64,000 nt of DNA from Myxococcales bacterium (lineage in GTDB: Bacteria; Myxococcota_A; Polyangia; Polyangiales; DASUME01), in contig JASGJH010000001.1 of NCBI GenBank assembly GCA_047601445.1, positions 768,001-832,000 of the forward strand. Direction: 5' to 3'. Positions 51,660-60,941 of the stretch are shown piece after piece (position 1 is the first letter of the stretch; the number at the start of each line of letters is the position of its first letter). The notes beneath the pieces were generated by a model, which saw only the letters and a program-made list of their open reading frames with translations, had not been told where the DNA came from and did not search any database. The translations under genes and the position numbers were made by a program.

Positions 51660-51950
51660 ATGAGTTCGACGATGAGCCTGGCCGCGCTGGCGAGCGAAAA
51701 GATGGACGCCCAGATTCGTCGAGAGATCGCGCAGCTGATTGGCACGCAGCACGCCCCCGTGGCCGTTCACGTGGAGCGCGGTCAGATCACGCTGTTCGGG
51801 GACGTTGCGCGCCAGGAAGAGCTCGGCGAGCTGGCCACCCGATGCTGCTCCATCGACGCCGTGACTCAGGTGCAGACGCGCTTCTGGCTGGACGCGGAGC
51901 TGCTCGCCGGCGTTGAGAACCAGAACAGCGCGTTGCCCGCCAACGCGTAG
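51660..51950 (+). CDS. BON-domain protein (start uncertain)
   Basis: DAQIRREI...V.VERGQITLFGDV...IDAVTQV. Confidence 0.65.
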   Translation: MSSTMSLAALASEKMDAQIRREIAQLIGTQHAPVAVHVERGQITLFGDVARQEELGELATRCCSIDAVTQVQTRFWLDAELLAGVENQNSALPANA

Positions 51951-52009
51951 CGCACCCTCGCGCGATCGATCTCCTGGGCAGCTCGCGGGGCGCTCGGCAC
52001 TCTGGCGGC

Positions 52010-53299
52010 TCAGCGAACCGTGAACACCACGGGTCCCGCGAGCACGCCATAGCCGTCGTTCTCCAGGAAGTAGGCCGTGTAACTGCCAGTGGGAAGGGGC
52101 CAGGTGGGCTTCGCTCCGGTGCTGAAGGTGAGGGTGCCGGAGCGCGGGCCCGTGGTGCCGGTCACGGATTGTTTGCCGTTGGTGTAGAGCCACGCGGTGG
52201 ATCCGGTTTGTCCGGGCGTCTGGCCGCTCTTGTAGATGCCGACCCAATCCTTGGCGTTGCCAGCGCCGTTGGCGAAGGTGGCGGTGATGGCTTCGCCTGC
52301 GGCGTAGCTGGTCTTGTTGAGCGTGAGTGTGCTGGCTGGCGGGGGATTCTCGCCGCCGCCGGGGTCCAGGCGCACGTCGACGACGAGGCTTGCATGATCG
52401 CTGGGCCATTGGTTGTTGGCGTAGTTGGGGACCTGCTGCGGGGTTCCCACCACGAACACCGAGGTGCTCGCGAGCGTAACGCCGGCGCCCGCGTAGTGTG
52501 CCATGTCGATGCGGTCGAGGGGCTCGGGCTTGCCGTCGGCGTAGACGTAGGTTTGGTAGATGGGCGACCAGGTGATGCCGGGATTCTGTCGCGGGTCGGG
52601 ATAGACCTCGCGGTAGGCATCGCTGAGGCCTGCGTTCTGGATCTCCTGCGTCACGGGCAGAGCCAGTGTGTAGCCGCAGTGGCGATCGGCGGTGGCGGAC
52701 GTCCAGTCGAGATGGGACGGCGTGTTGAAGTCACCCAGCAGGAAGACGGGGACGTTGTCCGCGTTGGCGACGTAGGGGGCCATCTGCGAGAGGATGCTGC
52801 GGATCTCCGGGAGTTGAGTCTGCTCCTGATTGCGGATCACCTTGGCGGCGCTGAGTCGCTTGAGGCATGCGTCGTAGGGGGCGTACGGACTCGATGTCAG
52901 GTGCGCGCTCCACACGATCACGTCCTGCGGAGGGTTGCTGCTCAGCTGCACGCGCACACCCACGCCGGCGCTGTTCAGCGCGACGCCGAGCGTCTGCGTG
53001 ATCGGGTAGCGGCTCAACACGGCCACGCTGTTCGCCGGCTGCACCGAGTACCAACCGAGCTGGCTGGCCAGGCGCGCAGCGAGACCGTTGGACTCCTGGA
53101 TCGCCACGATGTCCGCGCCAGCTTGGGTAATCGCCGCGCGTGCCTTGGCTTCACCGTTGGTGACGTTGCTGGCGCCCACCCAGACATTGAAGGACATCAA
53201 CTTCAGACTGGTGACCTGCGCGGATGCTGACTGCGCCGCGAAGCACGGCAGCACCATCGACAGCAGCACGGCCCACCAAAACGTCGAAAAACGTCGCAT
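52010..53299 (-). CDS. Secreted endonuclease/exonuclease/phosphatase (EEP) family protein with a C-terminal Ig-like domain
   Basis: Signal peptide; SFNV, IQE, GDFN, DRID and SDH; C-domain with KDWVGIY. Confidence 0.9.
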   Translation of the reverse strand: MRRFSTFWWAVLLSMVLPCFAAQSASAQVTSLKLMSFNVWVGASNVTNGEAKARAAITQAGADIVAIQESNGLAARLASQLGWYSVQPANSVAVLSRYPITQTLGVALNSAGVGVRVQLSSNPPQDVIVWSAHLTSSPYAPYDACLKRLSAAKVIRNQEQTQLPEIRSILSQMAPYVANADNVPVFLLGDFNTPSHLDWTSATADRHCGYTLALPVTQEIQNAGLSDAYREVYPDPRQNPGITWSPIYQTYVYADGKPEPLDRIDMAHYAGAGVTLASTSVFVVGTPQQVPNYANNQWPSDHASLVVDVRLDPGGGENPPPASTLTLNKTSYAAGEAITATFANGAGNAKDWVGIYKSGQTPGQTGSTAWLYTNGKQSVTGTTGPRSGTLTFSTGAKPTWPLPTGSYTAYFLENDGYGVLAGPVVFTVR

Positions 53300-53355
53300 G
53301 AATCCCCCTTTGGCGCGCCAGCATACGAAAGAGGGCAGCGAGCCAACGCAAAGTT

Positions 53356-54572
53356 TCAGCGACGATCCGGCGACATCACGGCGCGACTTCCAGGTTCCAC
53401 TCCTCCACTTCGCGCAGGTCGAGTTCGCCGATGCCGCCGTGGAGGGTCAGGTACCGCTGGCACGCCTCGACGGCCGCGTCGACGTTCGCGAGCTCCATCA
53501 ACAGGAAGCCGCCGATGAGCTCCTTCGATTCCGCGAACGGACCGTCGACCATCCGCAGCTCTTGGTCCGTGAAGAACAGGCGCTTCGCGTTGCGGCTCGG
53601 CGCGAGCCGGCACGAACTCTCGAGCACGCTCGCCTTGGTCATCTCGGTCTTGAGCGACGAGGTCGATGCACTCACCAAAGGAGCCGCAAAGTCGGGTTAC
53701 GTTCGCGCGATTGTGTTTTCTAGACCACTCTTCGAACGGCTCATGCCGAGGATCGATGATGTGAATCGGCGCGTTGCTGTCAACGAGCGGGCCCCAAACG
53801 TGATCATCGTGTTCAACGACTCTGGCGCCTACGACGAAGATCGCGGAGGAGGCTTGCACAGCCTGAGACCAATGCACTTGGAAGAGCTTGAGAGCTCCTG
53901 GAGCGACAAGTGTCTTCTTCGAAGGCTCATACATTGCAAAGACCGGCGTCAAATCTTGTCCGGACCGGCAGAACGCGAGGGCATCCCTCCTCGGAACAAA
54001 TTGAACTGGGCCGTCGTAAAGATCCTCGCAGGCTCGGTAGCTTCCACCGGTTATCGAGATCTGTGCCGCAGGCAGAAGATTCACCGATCCATGCAGCTTG
54101 AGAACTAGTGGTTCGGGAGGGATCCAGTCCTCTACCGTGTAGCAAAATTCAGGGTAGAGGCCGATCAGCGCGTCCTCAATCAACATGTCGTAGTTCAACG
54201 TGGCCACAACAAAGGGCTTCTGGCTCTTCTTCAACACAGAAAATAGAGCCCTATAGGAGTTTTGGGGCCCTGCCCGGAAAGTTGCCAGGTAGTAAGCCAT
54301 CTCATTGGTCAGGCGAGCCAGCGGAGCGAGATCACCCACTCGCTTGATGTACTCGGCCATGCCTTCTTCGAAGCTTCGTTCGAATAGCGGCGAAAAGGAG
54401 GGCTCGATTGCCGACCAGGCGCCTCCAAGCTTTTGAAGCTCCGCGAATAATGCTACGCCGATCGGTGGGCAATTTGCGACATCGCTGTACGCACTCGCCC
54501 CTGCTCCAAAGAGGAAGACGCTAACCCCTTCAGGAAAGCGATTGGGCGACTCAAGATTTTCGAGGGGTTCAC
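53356..54572 (-). CDS. SIR2-like domain protein (putative NADase), damaged 5' frame, C-terminus reading through the yciI remnant
   Basis: VFLFGAGAS lies in-frame upstream of the annotated ATG 54360; also TLNYD, LKLHGS and IFVVG. Visibly AT-richer than the flanks. Confidence 0.75.
53376..53660 (-). pseudogene. 5'-truncated YciI-family (DGPF) gene remnant
   Basis: EMTKASVL...VDGPFAESKELIGGFLL..ELDLRE; the N-terminal part is missing. Confidence 0.7.
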
Positions 54573-54960
54573 GCTAAATCGAATCTCAAAGAAAGGCACG
54601 AGCTCGCGCAACCTGCTCCATCGCGCCCCCAACGAGGCCTGGCGCGCGCCCCGAGCACTCGCGGTCTCATGGTGAGGGCCAGCACTCATCGTTCGGGCGA
54701 CGTTGCGGGGGAGCGACGAGGCCGCGGCGGAGGCGTGCCGAACGCACCGTCACGTATCAGGCGCTCCTACGTTCTGCTACGGCTCGGCCGGCGCTATGAA
54801 TTTCGTCGGGAAATGGCTCGGCCGCGACCGCTCGGGTCTGCCTCAGCGTTCTGCGCGCTGTTTCTGACAGTTCTCCAACGTGTGGTTCCTCCTTCATCCC
54901 ATCCCTTCGAGCGGGGTTACGCGCGTGGACAGCACAAAGCCCCGATGCTTTAGCTCGCTG

Positions 54961-55581
54961 ATGGCTCTAGATATCCCGCTCCGTTGCGCGTGCGGCGCGA
55001 TCCGCGGACAAGTCGACGGCGTGACCCCGAGCAACGCCCGACGCCTGTCGTGCATGTGTCGCGACTGCCAGGCCTTCGCGCATTACCTGGGCTGCGCCGA
55101 TAGCCTGCTGGATGCGTATGGAGGCACCGACATTTCTTACGCGACGCCGCGTCAGGTCAAGCTGCATACGGGCATCGAGCAACTGCGCTGTGTACGGCTC
55201 AGCGCCGAGGGGCTGCTACGTTGGTACGCTGGTTGTTGCCGGACCCCGATCGCCAATACGCTGCCCGCGCGCCGCATCGCCTTCGTCGCCTTGCCCCATC
55301 TGGCGCTCGACTGCGCTGCGCTGGGCCAACCTCGCGACAGCGTGCTCGGACCACTCACACGGCGCTTCGAGGCAGGCTCGGCGCGGAGCACGCCGCCTGC
55401 AGGCGCTCACCAGGGTACTCCCTTCGCGGCCAAAGCAAGCTTCCTCGCGGTCCTACTGCGGGACAGCCTGATAGGGCGCGCGCAGCCGACGCCCTTCCTG
55501 GACGAGCGGACGCGTCAGCCAGTGGTCGAGCCCATGGTCCTGGATGCGGCCACACGCGCTGCGCTCGGAGCGACTCACTGA
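54961..55581 (+). CDS. GFA/Mss4-like zinc protein (DUF6151-like)
   Basis: LRCACG, CMCRDCQAFA, LDAYGGT and LLRWYAGCCRTPIANT. Confidence 0.8.
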   Translation: MALDIPLRCACGAIRGQVDGVTPSNARRLSCMCRDCQAFAHYLGCADSLLDAYGGTDISYATPRQVKLHTGIEQLRCVRLSAEGLLRWYAGCCRTPIANTLPARRIAFVALPHLALDCAALGQPRDSVLGPLTRRFEAGSARSTPPAGAHQGTPFAAKASFLAVLLRDSLIGRAQPTPFLDERTRQPVVEPMVLDAATRAALGATH

Positions 55582-55742
55582 CAGGCAAAGCCAGACAACA
55601 GGCGCGCTCGTGGTACACGAGGTCCGCAACAAGCCGTTCTTCTTCACCCCAAGTTCAGAGGCCGGGGTGAGCGTCGATGAGCGTTCTTGACGGTAAAGAT
55701 GCAGACGTCCAGCCTGGGGCCCTCTCCCAGGAGATTCAAAAG

Positions 55743-58700
55743 ATGAGCGTTTCGCTTCTTCCGATGCGCGCTGGCGCACGCGTCTTGCTGTTGTCTATGG
55801 GCTGCTCGGTCGCCGTCGCTTGCGCGAGCGACGAGTCCGCCACTGAGCCTGTCGCGCCAAAGGCCGTCGAAGCACAACCCGTACTCGAGGCCAAAGCTGT
55901 AGGTCGCGGCTGGGGTGCCGACTCCGTTGACATGCTCGCGTTGCAGGAGCATGCGCACGCGGTCGCGGCCAAGCATCCGCGGTTCCATTTCCGTCAGGTT
56001 GGGGCCGGGTTCGAAGCGTCGACGCAGAATCGCCGGTCTTCGCGCACGCCTCTCGAAGCGAGCACTCAGCCTCGTCGACGGCGCAGGCTCGAGTGTGCTG
56101 CCGATCCGCACGCTGGGCCTACGCTGTGGGGAGACGTCCTATGCCGTCACGAACAGCGAGCTCGAAGCGAGCCCGGATGCGTCGCACGAGCAGGCCATCG
56201 AGCACCACACGAGCGCGCATACGTTCTCGGAATGGTGGCGCAACGGCCCGCTCGGTCTCGAACACGGGTTCACGCTCGCAGAGAATCCATGCACCGACAC
56301 TCAGGCCCTGTCGGTGGAGGTCGAGCTGGTCGGTGCACGGCTGGCCAATTCGGAGCGAGGCGTGGAGGTGCACGGCGTGGGGCCCGTGGCCCTCGAGTAC
56401 AAGGATCTATTCGCGCGCGATGCGCAAGGCAACCTGCTCGCTGCGTGGATGGAGCCTGAAGGAGCGACCGTACGTCTCCACGTGGACACCACCAACGCCA
56501 GCTGGCCGGTGGTCATCGATCCGCTGGTCACCACACTGAGCGGGCTCGTCTCGCGCGGTGCAGGCGGTCCGCTTCAGGGGCAACAGGGCGAGCGGCTCGG
56601 AGGCGTCATCGATCTCATCGATATCTATGCGGTGGCGGGCGCGCGGCTCGCCGACGTGGGCACCAAGATCGATCAGGGCGCCGTGTACATGATGACGAAG
56701 GCGACGAACCACGGTCAGCCCCCGGAGTGGAAGGTCATCGCCAAGGTGACTGCTCCCGACGGCGCCGCGGGGGACCAGTTCGGGCGCGCGGTATCGATCA
56801 GCCAGGGAAATGGCGGCACTTGGTTCATCGTCGGAGCGCCCAACGCCGTGGTGAACGGTGTCAAATGCGGCGCGGCCTACGTGTACAAGTTCGACAGTCT
56901 CAACAACGTCGGTGTATTGCATTCGAAGCTAGTCCCGAGCAACCCCGCCGCGTCGGATGGCTTCGGAAGCTCCGTGTCGATTAGCGTGGGTGGCGTGGCA
57001 GGGGCGCTCGATGTCATCGCCGTCGGCGCGCCGCTGCGCGACGGACCGAGCATGGTGGACCGTGGCTCGGTCTTCATGTTCGAGAACCCCGGCGGCACTT
57101 GGGTGCAGCAAGCCGAACTGGTCGCGAGCAACGCGGCCGCGAGCGACAACTTCGGCTTCAGTGTGTCGCAGCGAAACGGCAGCATCGTGGCGGGCGCTCC
57201 GTACCAGGACCTGGGGGCTCTGGTTGACGTCGGCTCGGTCATCACCTTCACGCGCCAGTCTGCGGGCATCTACCACCAGGTGGCCATCACGAATGCCTCG
57301 GACATGGCTGCGAGTGACTACTTCGGCGGCACGCTCGACCTCACCGACGGCTATCTGGCCGTGACCGCCAGTGGCAACGGAGGTTATCGCGGCGCGGTGT
57401 ACGTCTTCTCTGGCGGTGGAGGGAACTGGATCCAACAGCAGAAGCTGGTGCTCGCCGACGGCGCAGCGGGCTACTACTTCGGCAACAGCGTCGCGTTCGC
57501 ACACGCCCCGACCGTGACCAAGCTCGTGATCGGCGAGCCGATGCGACCCGTGGTCCAGGGAGGGATCTCGTTTTCGGGCCAAGGGACGGGTCACATCTTC
57601 ACGCGCAGCGGCGAGACGTGGACGCGCACGAACGTGCTGACGGAGCCCATCACGGCGCCCATGCAGACGACCAACCAGCTCGGCATCGGCGTGGCGGCCG
57701 ACGCGAACTCCGTGCTGTTGGGAGCGGCCGGCTACGGCTTCCCGCTCAGCTCACAGGGCGCCGTGCTCGCCTATGACTTCGGCAACGGGTTCACCACGGG
57801 AGCCTGGCAGATGGCGAGCGCCGCCTCCAAGGGCGACGCACTGGGGACCAAAATTGCGGTCTCCGGCAGCACCGTCCTCGCTCAGCTCAGCAAGGGCGTT
57901 GTGGCATTCGTGCGCTCCGGAGCGAACTGGGTGCAACAGCAAGAGCTCACCTACACGATCAACACGAGCGGCCTCGCGCTCTCCGGGGACACGGCGCTCA
58001 TTGGGCCGACTGCTTATCTCCGAACCGGCAGCACCTGGGCGCAGCAGGGCACGCTGTCGGTCAACGGCTTCGGGGTTCCGAGCAACGTGAGTTGTACGGC
58101 GGTTTCCTTGGACACGGCCGCGCTCGGGCCGGTCAGCATTGGAGGCGTGAACTACGTCGTCGTCTTCAAGCGTACGAACGGCGTCTGGGCGGAGCAGCAG
58201 CGCCTGGCCAACCCGAGTCCCGAGACCAACGATGGCTTCGGCTACACGTGCGCGCTGGACGTCGACTCGCTGCTCGTCTCGGCGCCGTCGCACTCGGCCA
58301 ACTCCAAGCCCACCCAGGGCGTCGTCTATCCCTATCAACGTAGCGGCACCACCTGGACGCGCCTGACCACGCTGGTGGGAGGCACGACGACGGTCTCCAA
58401 GCCCCGCTTCGGCGAGAGCGTGGCGGTGCGTGGTACGACAGCGATCGTCGGAATGCCGGCCGAGGTCACCGGCGGCGAGACGGCGGACACGGGAAGGGTC
58501 CACGTGTTCGTTCGCAACGCCAGTACTTGGATGCAGCAGACCGTCATCACCGACAGTGCATTCAAGGGCAATGCAGCCGGACGCGGTGTGGCGCTCGGCA
58601 GCGAAGTGCTCGCCTTCAGCGAGAAGTGGGGACCGACGCCGGACTCGCGGGTCAAGGTGTGGGAGCGCGTGAACGGGGCCTGGGTTGAACGCTCCACGTT

Positions 58701-58869
58701 CAACACTGCCTCACTGCAGAGTGTGGGCTTGAATAGCCCGTCCAACGGCGCGTCGCTGGCGGCGCCGATGGGGATCGATGGCAACATGCTCGTGGTCGGG
58801 GTCACGGGAGACACGCCCAAAATCGGGCAAGGTGTGCTGGCTTACTTCGACTTCTCCCAGTCGCCGTGA
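55743..58869 (+). CDS. Large lipoprotein with FG-GAP (integrin-alpha-like propeller) repeats, +1 frameshift near 56028
   Basis: AVAC lipobox in the 55677 frame; EWWRNGPLGLEHGFTL and VVIDP; many FG.SV....VGAP..G.VYVF repeats. Confidence 0.85.
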
Positions 58870-58873
58870 GGGG

Positions 58874-58913
58874 CTTCGGGGGCCCGCAGCGGCAGCGAGT
58901 GAGGCCCCCGAAG
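58874..58913. repeat. Intergenic inverted repeat (REP-like or terminator)
   Basis: CTTCGGGGGCC / GGCCCCCGAAG, a perfect 11-bp stem. Confidence 0.5.
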
Positions 58914-58960
58914 ATCCGCTGGTGAGCGACGCCGCGGGCGCGTCGTGTTAGTTGTGCGGG

Positions 58961-59788
58961 ATGGTCGCCCCTCGTCCTGTCATGTCCGTTGCGCTTTGTC
59001 TGTGCCTCGCCGGCTGCTCTGGCGAGCCAGGTCATACGGGCGACGCTTCGCTGCAGATGGGCGGCGATGGTGCGGCCAGCGAAGCGGGCGAGAATGCGCA
59101 GCGCGACGCAGGCGACCAGCGTGTCAACGACGCGGGCGGCTCGATCGACGCAGCGACCGCGCCAGACGCAGGGGGCGCAGGTGACACGCATTTCCTGACA
59201 GGCGACGGACAATACGCATGCCGAAGGGACGGCGACGGGACGACGACGGCGGTTTTCATCAATCGCTGTTCGTCGGCACTCCACGTGCGGGGCAGCGATA
59301 TCGCGGGCGCGACCGTGGCACCCCAGTCCTATGCGTGTCGCGATCTCGGCACCGCAAAGGAGACGCTCTCGGCGAAGCGCTACTGGGGCTTTCTGGCGGA
59401 CGACCCAGGGGCGGAGCACTACACCCTTGCCGAGTTCACGTTCAACACGGACTTCCACGACTTCGACTGGTACAACATCAGCCACGTTGACGCGCACAAC
59501 CTCACCATGCAGATCGTCCCGCTCGACCGGTCGAACTGCAAGACGCTGACCTGCTCGGACCCCAAGCTGCTGACCGATTGCCCCGCCGTCGGACGCGACA
59601 CCAACGCGCAGGGAGAGCTCATCAGCTGCGTCAGTCCAGATCGGGACAATGGCAACAGCGTGGTCGCGCTGCATTTCGAGAGCTGCGACGACGCCTACGC
59701 CTGGTCTGGTGATGACCAGAACGGCAAGGACCCGAGCCCCGTGCGCGCGTGTGCCGGCGAGGATTGGGCCATCGTGTTCTGTCCGTGA
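58961..59788 (+). CDS. Thaumatin-like (PR-5-type) domain lipoprotein
   Basis: LAGC lipobox and DAG linker; NRCS, TLAEFTF, WYNISHVDAHNLTMQIVP, CP, CVSP, C.DAYAW..DD and terminal IVFCP, the thaumatin motif order. Confidence 0.8.
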   Translation: MVAPRPVMSVALCLCLAGCSGEPGHTGDASLQMGGDGAASEAGENAQRDAGDQRVNDAGGSIDAATAPDAGGAGDTHFLTGDGQYACRRDGDGTTTAVFINRCSSALHVRGSDIAGATVAPQSYACRDLGTAKETLSAKRYWGFLADDPGAEHYTLAEFTFNTDFHDFDWYNISHVDAHNLTMQIVPLDRSNCKTLTCSDPKLLTDCPAVGRDTNAQGELISCVSPDRDNGNSVVALHFESCDDAYAWSGDDQNGKDPSPVRACAGEDWAIVFCP

Positions 59789-59875
59789 GGTCGCTGTCCC
59801 CCGCGCCGGGCCGAGGAAATTTCGAGAGAACGAGGGGAGCTTCGGGAGCCATTGCGGACACCCGCATCCGGTGTC

Positions 59876-60371
59876 ATGGCTGGCCCCGTGGACGATCAAA
59901 GCTATCCGGTCACGGTTTTGGTAAGGCGCCCCGATGGCACCTCCGAGTCAGTTCGAGTAGGCACTGCGGTGCGCACGGGGGACGGCTTTCGGCTGAGCCT
60001 GGGCGAACTCTCGAATCGGAGGCCTGCCGGACGTGCCAGCGGCGTCGCGGGCACCCCGTCGGTCGCAGGCCCCCGCAGGGGGCGAGGGACTCACGTTTCC
60101 GCCGTACGGGCGCAGCAAGGGGGCGCCCATCGCGGGGGCGTCCGTTCAGGACCTCGAGTTCTATATCAACGGTAGTCGACGCTCACTGGACGATCCGTCG
60201 AAGGCGCGTTGGCACGAGAAGGAGCGGGTCTTGCTCGCGGCCATGGAAGCCGAACTGGAGCGTCAGCGGGGCGGTGGCGGCGGTGGAAGGGGCAGGGGCC
60301 CAGCAGCACAGGGGTCTGACCCATTCGATGATACGCCGCCCTACACGGACGACGACGACATCCCGTTCTGA
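59876..60371 (+). CDS. Small protein with an SSB-type acidic C-terminal tail (DDDDIPF), +1 frameshift near 60014
   Basis: Two track ORFs (59852 and 60033) join into 164 aa when one A at GAATC is removed (ELSIGGLPDVPAAS). Confidence 0.7.
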
Positions 60372-60449
60372 GCGGGCCCCGAGATCCAGGCGAAGCGATG
60401 AAGCGGCGGCTCGCGTGAGTCGCCGTCGGGCGCTCGTCGAGGCGATGCC

Positions 60450-60863
60450 TCAGTCGCGCTCGGCCGACCCGTCGCTGCGCATGAACTCGAGCGCCATGGC
60501 ATTGACCGACGCGTGCTCGAGCAACAATTGGCTCAGGCCGCGCTGAAGGGCGATTTTGTGCTCCATCCAGGGCAGAAATTCCTGCCGGTCGAAGCCGGCC
60601 GGGTCGTGGGGCACCGGCGCGAGGTCCCGTAGCGAGCGCATCAGCTCGGCCGTCTCTCCGGAGACCTGCGCCAGCGCGCGGCAGGCGTCCGCAACCTTGC
60701 GCAGCGCGTCATGTTCGACTCGCGCCTCCGGGCTGGCTTGGCCCACCCACTTGGCATGGGCCTCCAGATTCAGGGAAACATGGGCAAACAGGGCGGATAT
60801 GCGCTCCGGAACCTCGGCGCTCGCCGCCAGCTCTTCGCCACAGGTGAGGTCTTCATCACTCAT
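60450..60863 (-). CDS. Hypothetical helical protein
   Basis: Genome-like codon usage and GAG RBS; no known motif. Confidence 0.6.
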   Translation of the reverse strand: MSDEDLTCGEELAASAEVPERISALFAHVSLNLEAHAKWVGQASPEARVEHDALRKVADACRALAQVSGETAELMRSLRDLAPVPHDPAGFDRQEFLPWMEHKIALQRGLSQLLLEHASVNAMALEFMRSDGSAERD

Positions 60864-60941
60864 GACTCGGAGTGGACAGCAACGGAGCGAAAAGGTCCAG
60901 TGAGCTCGGCGTGCGCGCGTGCGGAGGATCGCAGCGGAGGT

